NCBI GenBank assembly: GCA_964016885.1
Contig: OZ024747.1
Coordinates: 71,858,001-71,922,000 of the forward strand
Direction of reading: 5' to 3'
Source: Eledone cirrhosa
Lineage: Eukaryota
Length of the DNA: 64,000 nt
Part shown: one piece after another, positions 40,076 to 52,485 of the stretch
Numbering within the stretch: position 1 is the stretch's first letter
Layout of the letters: every line of letters begins with the position of its first letter
Notes under the pieces: model-generated
The model's input: only the letters and a program-made list of their open reading frames with translations
Told to the model about the DNA's origin: nothing
Database searches by the model: none
Position numbers and translations under genes: made by a program

Positions 40076-40899
40076 TACAAATATTAATAAAATAGATGTT
40101 CTTTTTATCAATTACATTTTATTATACATATTTCAGTACGTCCTCATCAGACAAAATATAATGATACATGACATACCCTGAGATGTTAAATGGTTAAGAT
40201 TTAATCAAGGTAGTCTACTGTAAAACTCATTCTTTGATATACTCATTGAATCTTGTTTAAATTCTTTAATATATATATATATATATATACAAGCATATAT
40301 GTATATATAAGTATAAAAAAAGTCTTTAAATGAAACTTATACTATGTTACTTCTAAGAAAAATAAGTGAGAGGTCTATCATAAGTTTATATTCATTATAT
40401 GCCCATGTACATCCATGTAAAATATATTTATGGGAAAACTCTGGCTCTCAAGTGTTCAGTTAGTTTGCAATTGAAAATAATTCAAAGGATATTGTTCTTT
40501 ATAGCAGTACTTGGGGATTATTTCATCTCTTTTCTAATTTTGATAGAGTATAGTCGTTTATTTTTCTGCCAAGCATATTTGGAGCAATCTTTTCATGTTC
40601 TTGTCTTCCCGGCTCCATATATATTTAGTCAATGTTGTCTCATTTTGGGGTTCAGTGTATCAAAAAGAAAACGTCTTTTCAGTATACCAAATTTTGAATG
40701 TTTTGGCTGAGAGTCCGACATAATTCATATCCACATCATAAGGTGAAATCACTTTGGTACGGTATAACACTGCCTTGTTGAGATACCTTCTGATGAGAGG
40801 GAAATATAAAGTGTTGCTATAATTTCATTGAGATTCAGGCCTGTTTTTCGCTGAGGTTATATTTCTGTTTCTATTCATGTTTGTACTTGTGCTTGCATT

Positions 40900-43509
40900 T
40901 GTGTTTATGTTGGTATCTGTATCTGTGTAGTATATGTGTTTATCTTGGTATCTGTATCTGTGTAGTATATGTGTTTATCTTGGTATCTGTATCTGTGTAG
41001 TATATGTGTTTATGTTGGTATCTGTATCTGTGTAGTATATGTGTTTATGTTGGTATATCTATGTGTGTAGTATATGTGTTTATCTTGGTATCTGTATCTA
41101 TGTAGTATATGTGTTTATGTTGGTATATGTATCTGTGTAGTATATGTGTTTATGTTGGTATCTGTATCTGTGTAGTATATGTGTTTATCTTGGTATATGT
41201 ATCTGTGTAGTATATGTGTTTATGTTGGTATCTGTATCTGTGTAGTATATGTGTTTATGTTGGTATCTGTATCTGTGTAGTATATGTGTTTATCTTGGTA
41301 TCTGTATCTATGTAGTATATGTGTTTATCTTGGTATCTGTATCTATGTAGTATATGTGTTTATGTTGGTATATGTATCTGTGTAGTATATGTGTTTATGT
41401 TGGTATCTGTATCTGTGTAGTATATGTGTTTATCTTGGTATATGTATCTGTGTAGTATATGTGTTTATCTTGGTATATGTATCTGTGTAGTATATGTGTT
41501 TATCTTGGTATCTGTATCTGTGTAGTATATGTGTTTATGTTGGTATCTGTATCTATGTAGTATATGTGTTTATCTTGGTATCTGTATCTATGTAGTATAT
41601 GTGTTTATGTTGGTATCTGTATCTGTGTAGTATATGTGTTTATCTTGGTATCTGTATCTGTGTAGTATATGTGTTTATCTTGGTATATGTATCTATGTAG
41701 TATATGTGTTTATGTTGGTATATGTATCTGTGTAGTATATGTGTTTATGTTGGTATATGTATCTGTGTAGTATATGTGTTTATGTTGGTATATGTATCTG
41801 TGTAGTATATGTGTTTATGTTGGTATCTGTATCTATGTAGTATATGTGTTTATCTTGGTATATGTATCTGTGTAGTATATGTGTTTATCTTGGTATCTGT
41901 ATCTGTGTAGTATATGTGTTTATCTTGGTATATGTATCTGTGTAGTATATGTGTTTATCTTGGTATCTGTATCTGTGTAGTATATGTGTTTATCTTGGTA
42001 TCTGTATCTGTGTAGTATATGTGTTTATGTTGGTATCTGTATCTATGTAGTATATGTGTTTATCTTGGTATATGTTTATATGTAGTATATGTGTTTATCT
42101 TGGTATATGTATCTGTGTAGTATATGTGTTTATCTTGGTATCTGTATCTGTGTAGTATATGTGTTTATGTTGGTATCTGTATCTATGTAGTATATGTGTT
42201 TATCTTGGTATATGTATCTGTGTAGTATATGTGTTTATGTTGGTATCTGTATCTATGTAGTATATGTGTTTATCTTGGTATATGTATCTGTGTAGTATAT
42301 GTGTTTATCTTGGTATCTGTATCTGTGTAGTATATGTGTTTATGTTGGTATATGTATCTATGTAGTATATGTGTTTATGTTGGTATATGTATCTGTGTAG
42401 TATATGTGTTTATCTTGGTATCTGTATCTATGTAGTATATGTGTTTATCTTGGTATCTGTAACTGTGTAGTATATGTGTTTATCTTGGTATATGTATCTG
42501 TGTAGTATATGTGTTTATCTTGGTATATGTATCTGTGTAGTATATGTGTTTATCTTGGTATATGTATCTGTGTAGTATATGTGTTTATGTTGGTATATGT
42601 ATCTGTGTAGTATATGTGTTTATGTTGGTATCTGTATCTGTGTAGTATATGTGTTTATCTTGGTATATGTATTTGTGTAGTATATGTGTTTATGTTGGTA
42701 TATGTATCTGTGTAGTATATGTGTTTATGTTGGTATATGTATCTGTGTAGTATATGTCTTTATGTTGGTATCTGTATCTGTGTAGTATATGTGTTTATGT
42801 TGGTATATGTATCTATGTAGTATATGTGTTTATGTTGGTATCTGTATCTGTGTAGTATATGTGTTTATCTTGGTATATGTATCTGTGTAGTATATGTGTT
42901 TATGTTGGTATATGTATCTGTGTAGTATATGTGTTTATCTTGGTATCTGTATCTGTGTAGTATATGTGTTTATTTTGGTATCTGTATCTGTGTAGTATAT
43001 GTGTTTATCTTGGTATATGTATCTGTGTAGTATATGTGTTTATCTTGGTATCTGTATCTGTGTAGTATATGTGTTTATGTTGGTATATCTATCTGTGTAG
43101 TATATGTGTTTATCTTGGTATATGTATCTGTGCAGTATATGTGTTTATCTTGGTATATGTATCTGTGTAGTATATGTGTTTATTTTGGTATCTGTATCTG
43201 TGTAGTATATGTGTTTATCTTGATATATGTATCTGTGTAGTATATGTGTTTATCTTGGTATATGTATCTGTGTAGTATATGTGTTTATCTTGGTATCTGT
43301 ATCTGTGTAGTATATGTGTTTATCTTGGTATCTGTATCTATGTAGTATATGTGTTTATCTTGGTATATGTATCTGTGTAGTATATGTGTTTATCTTGGTA
43401 TATGTATCTGTGTAGTATATGTGTTTATCTTGGTATCTGTATCTATGTAGTATATGTGTTTATCTTGGTATCTTGGTATCTGTATCTGTGTAGTATATGT
43501 GTTTATGTT
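40900..43509. repeat. 35-bp minisatellite, ~74 copies
   Basis: Unit tatatgtgtttatSttggtatMtgtatctRtgtag; period 35 checked by eye. Confidence 0.95.
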
Positions 43510-43708
43510 TGTGTAAGAATATTTTTTCTGATTATTTTTGGTAGAAGAGTTTATTGTGTTTATGTGAGTTGGAGAAATGTTGAATTATTAGATTTGAAAT
43601 TGGATGGGGGGGGGGGGCTCTATTAGAAACGTCGTTTAAATCAAAAGGGGTAGTTTTCCATCGAATTTTCCTACACCTGTTTCTTTTTTGTGACGTTACA
43701 GGGCAGGT

Positions 43709-43767
43709 AAGAGTGAATTAAAAGAAAAATACCAGTAATACTGGTATTTTTCTTTTAATTCACTCTT
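43709..43767. repeat. Perfect 29-bp palindrome, 1-nt spacer
   Basis: aagagtgaattaaaagaaaaataccagta-a-tactggtatttttcttttaattcactctt. Confidence 0.9.
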
Positions 43768-43796
43768 TGCTAAAGCATAGCTATAATAGTTAGGTG

Positions 43797-44140
43797 ACAT
43801 TGGTGGATTGGCAGTATCAGTAGAGGTTCGGACGCCATGCTTTGCAGCATAGAATTAGGCCCTTTACGATCTGAGTCATGTCCTGCCGAGATTCACTTTG
43901 CCTTTCATCCTTACGGGGTCGATAAAATAAAGTACCAGTAATGCACTTGGATAATTGCTGGCCTTGTGCCAAAAGTAAAAACAATTATTAAGGGATGGTT
44001 CATCAAATATTTGTTTCTACTTTTGGCACAAGGCCAGCAATTACCCAGTGTATTACTGGTACTTTATTTTATCGACCCTGTAAGGATGAAAGGCAAAGTT
44101 AACCTCGGCGGGATTTGAACTCAGATCGTAAAGGGACGTA
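43797..44140. mobile_element. Two SINE copies tail-to-tail (43797-43988 +; 44010-44140 -)
   Basis: Both match the SINE consensus; ~25-bp spacer. Confidence 0.8.
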
Positions 44141-44602
44141 ATATGCTTCAAATATGTCTGCTAATATTGTTATTTTGTTAACATTACAGGGTAGGTAAAT
44201 AGCTTTTCAATTTGTTTTTCTATGAGGTAGATATTTGCCTGTATTCAGATTTAAAGTTATATCTAGATAATTAACGATCTTAATTATAGTGTTAACTGTT
44301 ATGTTTAAATTAAACTCATTAAAGGTTTATATTAAGTATTTTTTCAATCTATCATTGGAGAGTCATGATATAAGACCATCAACATTGTACAAACATTTAC
44401 ACACACACTGATATGCGCCCCAGATACAACGTATTCATTCGATATCTAAACGTACGTATGCCACCATATATACTTGCACATATACTCTTATGCATGCATT
44501 CACAAATAGACACATACACACACGCTCACAGACACATATATGTCCATGTAAATAGCCACAAACGCACATCTATTTATTTTTTAAAAGTAAGTATGCATAC
44601 GT

Positions 44603-44646
<44 letters not shown>

Positions 44647-44649
44647 CTG

Positions 44650-44711
<62 letters not shown>

Positions 44712-44717
<6 letters not shown>

Positions 44718-45474
44718 GGCCCAAAGGTCATACAGGGTCGCAACTGTTTATAATTCTTTTTTTCATAAGTAATGTAGAGGTGTGACAAGGATTGACGAGT
44801 GCAAAATAATTTCCCTTATGTCCTTTAAGGGCGGTGGATTGGCAGTATCGGTAGAGGGCCGGACGCCATGCTGGGGTGGTGGGTTGGCAGTATCGGTAGA
44901 GGGCCGGACGCCATGCTGGGGTGGTGGGTTGGCAGTATCGGTAGAGGGCCGGACGCCATGCTGGGGTGGTGGGTTGGCAGTATCGGTAGAGGGCCGGACG
45001 CCATGCTGGGGCGGTGGGTTGGCAGTATCGGTAGAGGGCCGGACGCCATGCTGGGGTGGTGGGTTGGCAGTATCGGTAGAGGGCCGGACGCCATGCTGGG
45101 GTGGTGGGTTGGCAGTATCGGTAGAGGGCCGGACGCCATGCTGGGGCGGTGGGTTGGCAGTATCGGTAGAGGGCCGGACGCCATGCTGGGGCGGTGCATT
45201 GGCAGTATCGGTAGAGGGCCGGACGCCATGCTTTCCAGCATAGTTACGTCCCTTTACGATCTGAGTTCAAATCCCGCCGAGGTTGACTTTACCTTTCATC
45301 CTTACGGGCTCGTTAAAATAAAGTACCAGTAATGTACTGGGTAATTGCTGGCCTTGTGCCAACAGTAGAAACAGTTATGTCCTTTAAGGTGTATCAAAAT
45401 TTCATACATCAATCTGTACAATTCAGGAAGTTAATAAAAACTAAAACACCTGTGTGACTTTGGGGGTCACCCTG
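44712..45474. mobile_element. Tc1/mariner-type MITE interrupted by a SINE
   Basis: Imperfect TIRs cagagtggcccaaaggtcatacagg / cctgtgtgactttgggggtcaccctg, followed by TA. Confidence 0.6.
44829..45374 (+). mobile_element. SINE whose 45-bp 5' head is tandemly repeated 9 times; 15-bp TSD
   Basis: Unit gggYggtgggttggcagtatcggtagagggccggacgccatgctg; TSD ttatgtcctttaagg at 44816-44830 and 45375-45389. Confidence 0.9.
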
Positions 45475-45767
45475 TACATATGTACGTATGGATTATATCG
45501 AACATTGATAATAATATTCGATTCGTTTGTAAACAAACGAGCTCGATTAGAAGCTGTGCCGTGTCGGTGACCAGTCGTCTCCTGTTTGTTCAACACTGGC
45601 TTTGAGGAACAATCAACATGTTTCTGGGCCATTACCCTTCCTCAGGACCATACCTCTCTGCCAATGTGTTGAAGGGTTGAAAATATATAATATTTTCTTT
45701 AGTATATATCGGCTGAGTAGCCTCATTTGCATACCGAGCGAGCTGTGGCTGACTTTGCCGAATATTA

Positions 45768-45840
45768 AAAATAAAATAAGAATTTTATTTCTCGCTCTAG
45801 CACAGCTGATACATAAAACCCATACATACACATGTAAATG

Positions 45841-45911
<71 letters not shown>

Positions 45912-45926
45912 CCATATACAGATATG

Positions 45927-45976
<50 letters not shown>

Positions 45977-46041
45977 TGTGCATACTTACTTTTATGTATC
46001 AGCTGTGCTAGAGCGAGAAATGAAATTCTTATTTTGTTTTT
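45768..46041. repeat. ~50-bp inverted repeat enclosing TA/TG microsatellite
   Basis: aaaataagaattttatttctcgctctagcacagctgatacataaaa ... ttttatgtatcagctgtgctagagcgagaaatgaaattcttatttt. Confidence 0.85.
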
Positions 46042-46099
46042 ATTCATTTTTTTAAATATTGAAATTTATAAAATATTTTAAAAAAAGATTAAATCATGG

Positions 46100-46590
46100 T
46101 TAATAGAAGGAAAACGGGGAAAAGGGAAATTGAAACAAGAAAAGGTGTAGGGAAGGGAAAAGGTGGAAAATTGAAACAGGAAAGTGGAGGCGATATGAGA
46201 GTAGAATGGTGTGGCGTGGGAATGGAGAGACAGAGAGGTAGGGAGAGAGGGGGGCAGTCAGACGGATAGAGAGAGCGAGCGAGAGAAAGAGAGAAACAGT
46301 AGACAGATAGAGAGGAGGAGAGAGGTAGAGAAAGAGAGGGACAGAGTGGGAGGGAAAGAGAGAGAGAAGAGTGGGAGGGAAAGAGAGAAAGAGACAGAGA
46401 CAGAGGGTGAGAGGAGACGGATGGGGACGGAGAGAGAGAGAAAGAGAGAGACAGAGGGGGCGGGAAAGAGAGATAGAGGGGGAGGGAGAGAGATAGAGAA
46501 AGAGAGAGAGACAACCAGAGAGACGGAGAGAGGTAGAAAGATAGAGAGAGGGAGACAGATACAGAGATAAACAGAGAGGAAGACAGATAT
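46100..46590 (+). repeat. GA-rich low-complexity tract
   Basis: Directly visible. Confidence 0.9.
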
Positions 46591-46919
46591 ATAAAATGCT
46601 TAGAAGCAGATTCGAAACATTTGGAGAGAGCAGAAGGCTGTGGGACAGGTGTGGGTGTTGGCGCATACCCGCGGGGTGGACCAGCTCTTACAGTAAATCT
46701 CTTTCATCATCGTTTGCCTGCCGGGACTTAGGAAACATTTCCATGATCAACTGTGATTTCCTTTTCTTTATCATATTTGTGTGTGTATGTGTGAATGTGT
46801 GTGCATGAATGTGTGTGTTTGTGTGTGTGTATGCATATGTGTGTGTGTATGAATGTGTGTGCGTGTGTGTGTGTTTGTATGTGTGTGTGCGGGTATAATA
46901 TGTGTGAATGTCTTTATAT

Positions 46920-46963
<44 letters not shown>

Positions 46964-46986
46964 ATGTGTGTGTATGAATGTGTGTG

Positions 46987-47019
<33 letters not shown>

Positions 47020-47429
47020 CATTTTTCAACATGTTAGCAACAATACATTATTACAACAACGTTCTCCAAAATTCCTGCAATTTTTAATATAGTTTGTAAT
47101 ATTCTAGATTTCTTGTATTAATATAATCAAGTTTTACTAAGTATTAGTTATGTTTACTAGTTCTTTTAGTAAATACATGTTTTCTCGACATATGCTAAAA
47201 GTGTATTTTGATGTGATTAAGTGACTAAAAATCTTAGAAATGGAGCATGTCAAAGCATGTGGCACCGAATTTCTGTGTGGATGCCGACTGTGTTCAGTGG
47301 AACATACGAAGAGAATAGTAATACCATCTGTATATCAATGTGTTTAGTTAGATATGGCAACGAGGAGTCCTCTGTGAAAAATGATAAGTATGGACATAAA
47401 GAAACTCTGAGATGTTCAAGAGTATACAG

Positions 47430-47560
47430 ACTGGGACACATGTAACGACTCGTTCTCCGCCTATAAACTTGTCGCTTCGGCCACAAACCCGGGTTTCGCT
47501 GCCCGCAATGTGGAAGAGAGGAAGATAGTCAAATACCAGGGCCTGGGCGACCACTTCCGT
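47430..47560 (+). mobile_element. CRE-like RLE fragment
   Basis: WDTCNDSFSAYKLVASATNPGFAARNVEERKIVKYQGLGDHF resembles 'WD.TC.D...PG.AA..AE..K..KY..L'. Confidence 0.6.
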
Positions 47561-48093
47561 GTCTTGTTTGCGTCAATTGGAAAATATGTATACGTTTAAC
47601 AAAACGGAGAACTTGTAACAGATGTTAAGCAGTGGGAAGAAAAATGGAGGTTTGTTGGTAATAATAATAGAATGTAACACAGAGAAAAGGTTACAGAATT
47701 GTGTTGTAAGCTATTAGTAAAAGTATATGAAAATGTGAAATTCGAAATATCTTAAATGGACGTTAGCAACCCTGTGTCGAATCTGCAAAGTTGTAGTAAC
47801 ATAAAATGAAGGTCTTTTAAGAAAGGTGATTAATTTTTACTGTGTGAAGATGCATAGCTTCAAAAGAGAGTCAAGAATTCGTGTAGCAATAACTAATTAG
47901 AAAAGTTGGCTCAAGAGTGGTGTTTGTAAAGAATGAACACCACTGGTCAAAATTTTTAGGTTCAATTTTGCTAGAGTAAATTTAAGGCATTAAGATCACA
48001 AAGTAGGTACAAAGTAGGCTGTGATGAGTAGAATTACAATTGACAGATATGAAATGGGTGAAAACAGCTCAACTGACTGTGAGCAGCAAATAA

Positions 48094-48180
<87 letters not shown>

Positions 48181-48221
48181 GGATGTGAGAAACAGGCAGA
48201 AGTTAATACGAAAGTCTAATG

Positions 48222-48386
48222 CAGGCATGGGTAACATTTTTTTGAGTAGTGGGTCGCATAGGATGTGGCTCATCATAAGACGGACCATACTACTAAAAAA
48301 TTCAAGACAGTTTTAAAATTATGCCTGCTATTCAGAAAGCCAAACGGACCACGTGTGGTTCGCGGGCCGCACCTTGCCCATGACTG
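48222..48386. mobile_element. hAT-type MITE
   Basis: TIRs caggcatggg / cccatgactg; perfect 8-bp TSD gtctaatg. Confidence 0.85.
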
Positions 48387-48479
48387 GTCTAATGCGATCA
48401 TAATTCGCTACGTTACAGCTTGTTTTGTTACATATTTCGTCTGGTACCGTGTGAAAGTAAAGGAATTATCAGACAGTCA

Positions 48480-48680
48480 CTTTGTTACTCTTTTACTCTT
48501 TTACACATTCCACACGACTGACTGAGGCCATGCTGGGGCAACGTGATCGTTACTCTATTATTCTTTTACGTATTCCACCCGACTGGCTGAGGCCATGCTG
48601 GAGCACCACCATTGTTACTCTATTACTCTTTTACTCATTCCACCCGACTGGCTCAGGCCATGCTGGGCCACCACCATTGT
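48480..48680 (+). repeat. Three degenerate ~65-bp tandem copies (..gactgaggccatgctgg..)
   Basis: Directly visible, just upstream of the VGAT acceptor. Confidence 0.7.
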
Positions 48681-48729
48681 TGTTGATAAAATTTAAATAA
48701 TTTCTTGCTTTCTTATTATTATTTTCTAG

Positions 48730-48929
48730 GGAATGTTCATTGTCAGTTTCCCCTATACGGTTGTCCAAGGAGGTTACTGGGCTCTTGTCTCTATGATTGT
48801 TGTCGCATACATTTGCTGCCATACCGGAAAGATATTGGTGGAATGTCTCTACGAAGTAGATTCAAATGGTTATTTAGTACGTGTACGACACAGCTACGTT
48901 GAAATTGCAGAAGAAGCCATGGGGAAAAG
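48730..48929 (+). CDS. SLC32A1: Vesicular GABA/inhibitory amino acid transporter, internal exon
   Basis: ttttctag|GGA ATG...: GMFIVSFPYTVVQGGYWALVSMIVVAYICCHTGKILVECLYE...SYVEIAEEAMGK; donor AG|gtcagt (phase 2). Confidence 0.9.
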
Positions 48930-49079
48930 GTCAGTATTTTAGAAATACGTTTGTTAAATGTATTTTTGTTGTTGCTGTTTTTTTAACTTGGTTTATTTAT
49001 TTTTTTTCAGATTTTATATTTTCTAAATTAAAATATTCTTATGTAAATATGTTTCATAATCAACTCATTATACACTGCA

Positions 49080-49261
49080 CGAGGGTCGGTTGAAAAGTTC
49101 ATAGGCTAACCAAGATACTCTCATGGAATTACCAAATGAGGTTTATTTTTCAACATAGTCCCTGGAAAGAAACAGTGTAGTTATTAATAAGAAGAGTTGA
49201 AATTAATACATGCTGGATTTCACAGTTCTAGCATCACTCCTTCATAGTCAGCCAACCCTCG
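49080..49261. mobile_element. Mariner-like MITE/deletion derivative in the VGAT intron
   Basis: Ends cgagggtcggttga... / ...tcagccaaccctcg|ta. Confidence 0.6.
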
Positions 49262-49719
49262 TATATTTAGGTGCTAACTTAATTTTTACATTCCTTTTGA
49301 TAATGCACAAGAACTGATTTCGCACAGTCAACTGAATGGAAAACCTCACTTATTTTATAAACATCACATAGATGAAAATCTTCTAATTTTAACATAGATT
49401 TAAAAAGAGAGAAGAAACTAAATTGTGTTAGAAATTAATCCGAAGCTTTAGCTCTCTACCAAGTCAATATTGACTAATACACGACTATTACGTTTTGGGG
49501 ATAAAGCTATAATTGACTAACCGGGTCTATGTATGTGATTGGTATTTTCTTCATCTTAATGGGATGAAAGGCAAGCCAATCTATTTCCAATATAAACTCA
49601 GAACGCAGACGGAACTAAAGAAAGAAAGTAACAGAAAAAGTAGACATTGTATATGGCAAATACACAGGAGTAGTTGGTAGTAAGAGCTCCAGTGAATAAA
49701 ACTTTTACAATACCTGAGA

Positions 49720-50055
49720 AGGTACCATAGAAGTCCCTGATAGCTTCTGTTACCAAGGGGACTTAATTAGCAGTGGTGGGGGATGTTCTGAAAGCATAGT
49801 AGCTAGAACAAGAAAAGAACAGAAAATCTCCAATGACCTATTACATCTTTTAACAACAAAAGGTTTCCCTCTGCAAACGAAAGGTCAGCTGTATAATGCA
49901 TGCATGTGAAGTGCAATGCTGTAATAAGAGTGAAAGATGGGCAGTGAATAGAAATGATATGCGAAGGCTGAAGATAAATGAAGCGAGCATACTTCGATGG
50001 ATGTGCGATGTTAATGTGCGTAAAAGACAAAGCATGGATGAGTTGAGAAAAAACT
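49720..50055 (+). mobile_element. Degenerate RTE LINE fragment in the VGAT intron
   Basis: GDLISSGGGCSESIVAR..., LYNAC, SERWAV..DMRRLKINEASILRWMCDV. Confidence 0.7.
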
Positions 50056-50247
50056 GGCTATATATATGTGTACGTGTGTGTGTATGTGTGTGCGCGCGCG
50101 CGCATGTGTCTGTGTGAGTGTGTGTGTGGGTGTATGCATGTGCGTTTACGTGTGTGTGTGTAAATGTGTAGCTTTTAAGCCTAATCAAAAGAAAATATTT
50201 ATATTATTTATGGCAACTAATGGAAAATATGTTCTATTTGTTTAAGC

Positions 50248-50723
50248 CAGTGGTCGCCAATCTTTCAGACCTCACGGACCACTAAATTCATAATTTTAAA
50301 TCCCTCGGACCACTAATAATAATAATTTTTTTTAAAGATAAATACATTTGTAAAATATGAAATGAACCTATTAAAACATTTTTAGGAGATGTTATAAAAT
50401 ATATTTTAACCGAATATTATTTTTGTTTTATTATTAATAAAACATACAAATTGCAAATAATTGTTTCTACTTTTTTGGCACAAGGCCAGCAATTACCCAT
50501 TGTATTACTGGTACTTTATTTTATCGACCCCGTAAGGATGAAAGGCAAAGTTAAACTCGGCGGGATTTGAACTCAGAATGGCCGTAACTCAATGCGTCAA
50601 AGCATGGCGTCCGACCCTCTACCGATACTGCCAATTGCAAATAATGTCCAAATTTTTCTGCAGACCACCAAAAGTTTCTCTCGGACCACCTGTTGTTCGC
50701 GGACCACCGGTTGGCGACCGCTG
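50248..50723. mobile_element. hAT-type MITE with a nested SINE (50460-50635, -)
   Basis: TIRs cagtggtcgccaa / ttggcgaccgctg; decayed 8-bp TSD gtttaagc/gtataaac; SINE TSD aattgcaaataat. Confidence 0.8.
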
Positions 50724-50827
50724 GTATAAACATTATTTGCTCTTGAGTAAAGTAAATTTTCTGAACCTTCTAATAATGTGCCTTTTCTTGTATAACAAAT
50801 CCTTACATTTTAATATTTTTGTTTCAG

Positions 50828-51842
50828 ATTCGGTGGCAAGATCGTCAACGTCGCTCAGCTTATAGAATTACTAATGACTTGCATTCTGTATGTATTACTA
50901 AGCGGGGAACTGATTTTGGGAAGTTTCCCTGAGTCACCTATCAGTCTAACATTCTGGATAATGATAGCAACTACTCCACTACTGAGTTACGCTTTTTTAA
51001 AATCATTGCGTGGTGTTTCTTGGCTCAGTTTTTGGTGCACCATGGCTCATATGGCAATTAATGCTTTTATTCTAATTTTTTGCTTTACACGAGCTAACGA
51101 ATGGCAGTGGAGAGCAGTCCAAATTAAAGTCGACATTTGGACATTCCCCATTTCCATTGGCATTGTAGTTTTCAGCTATACTTCACAAATATTTCTACCA
51201 ACGTTAGAAGAAAATATGATAGATCGTTCCAGGTTTCACTGCATGATGCATTGGACTCACATAGCAGCAGCGTTTTTCAAAGTGTTGTTCTCATATATCT
51301 GTTTCTTAACATGGGGAAATGGAACACAGGAATTGATCACAAATAATTTACCAACTCAAAGCCTAAAGATTATCGTCAATTTAATTCTTGTAGCAAAATC
51401 TACTCTCTCTTATCCACTTCCATATTACGCAGCTGTGGAGATGATTCAGACTACATATTTCAACGGAAAACCTTCTACGTACTTCCCATCGTGTTTCGAT
51501 GAGAATTGTCGCCTCAAAATATGGGCAGGTTGTCTGAGAATCGGTCTTGTTCTAGCTACAATGGCAATGGCTATATTTATTCCTCATTTCGCAATTCTTA
51601 TGGGGTTGATCGGTAGCTTTACAGGCACTATGCTTTCTTTTGTTTGGCCATGTTTTTTTCATATTAAAATTAAAGGCAAAATCCTTCCATGGTACACAAA
51701 AGCAATGGATATCTGTATTATTATAATCGGCGCTGTTGTAGGCACCATTGGAATATATTATTCCTTTAGGGCACTTAGTCTAGCTTTCCGTGGCATACCA
51801 ACAACACCATTTCATGCGAGAGACTTTCACAAAAGTCTATAG
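50828..51842 (+). CDS. SLC32A1: Vesicular GABA/inhibitory amino acid transporter, terminal coding exon
   Basis: tttcag|A completes the Arg codon, then FGGKIVNVAQLIELLMTCILY...FPISIGIVVFSYTSQIFLPTLE...LSYPLPYYAA...IPHFAILMGLIGSFTG...WPCFFH, the VGAT/unc-47 signature. Phase matches the previous exon. Confidence 0.93.
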
Positions 51843-52111
51843 GTTAAGAACTTTATACGTGTTATGGCTGTTCCAAAATATGTTTGTTTTTAAAATCCTA
51901 TATTGGTTTCATCTTTGACTATTGACGTTGCCGTTATTTATTGATATGTCGTGTGGTTCTTTATAGTATGGATTAAGATGTATAGAATAGAGATTCTATA
52001 TTTTTGTCAAACTCAAATAGACAACTTTATGCCTTTTATATCCTGCAATCCCTCCTCAAAGATCAAAATAAATTCTGAAAACTTAATAATATCGATTACG
52101 ATTGTCTAACA

Positions 52112-52485
52112 CAGAGGTTCTTAAAGTGGGCGCTACCGCCCCCCTCCCCCCGATGGGGGCGTTGAGAAGGTCCAAGGGGCGCTGGAGCCTAAGAGGGCGG
52201 TGAGGGGACGCTATGAATTTATTATTTATAATATTATTATAGTATTGTATATATATGATATATATTAAATATCAAATGATATATATTATATATAAATATA
52301 ATAAAATAAAAAATATACAATATTTATTTATACATTGTATATATTATATTATCTATTATATATAAATTATTATATATCATTTATAATTCATGTGTAGGCA
52401 GGTCTCTTTGGAAATAGGGGTGGGATGCTGAGGGTGTTACGTGGCCATGAGGGGGGCGGTGGCCCAAAACGTTTGAGAACCTCTG
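52112..52485. mobile_element. hAT-type MITE just downstream of the VGAT stop (possibly in the 3' UTR)
   Basis: TIRs cagaggttct / agaacctctg; perfect 8-bp TSD gtctaaca. Confidence 0.88.

Noticed and set aside
40900-43509. CRISPR-like appearance of a regular ~35-bp repeat
   Set aside because: Units are contiguous with no unique spacers, there are no cas genes, and the context is eukaryotic.
43690-44200. Two possible 5-nt microexons (ttacag|ggcag|gtaa and ttacag|ggtag|gtaa)
   Set aside because: They would shift the VGAT frame. More simply a short local duplication flanking the palindrome/SINE cluster.
44782-45332. Repeat-protein ORFs (GGGLAVSVEGRTPCW)n
   Set aside because: Product of a 45-bp SINE-head tandem repeat that is open in several frames.
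46596-46700. Possible VGAT first exon (MLRSRFETFG...)
   Set aside because: Only a 3-4 residue resemblance to the vertebrate VIAAT N-terminus, and no WNVTNAIQ exon links it to 48730.
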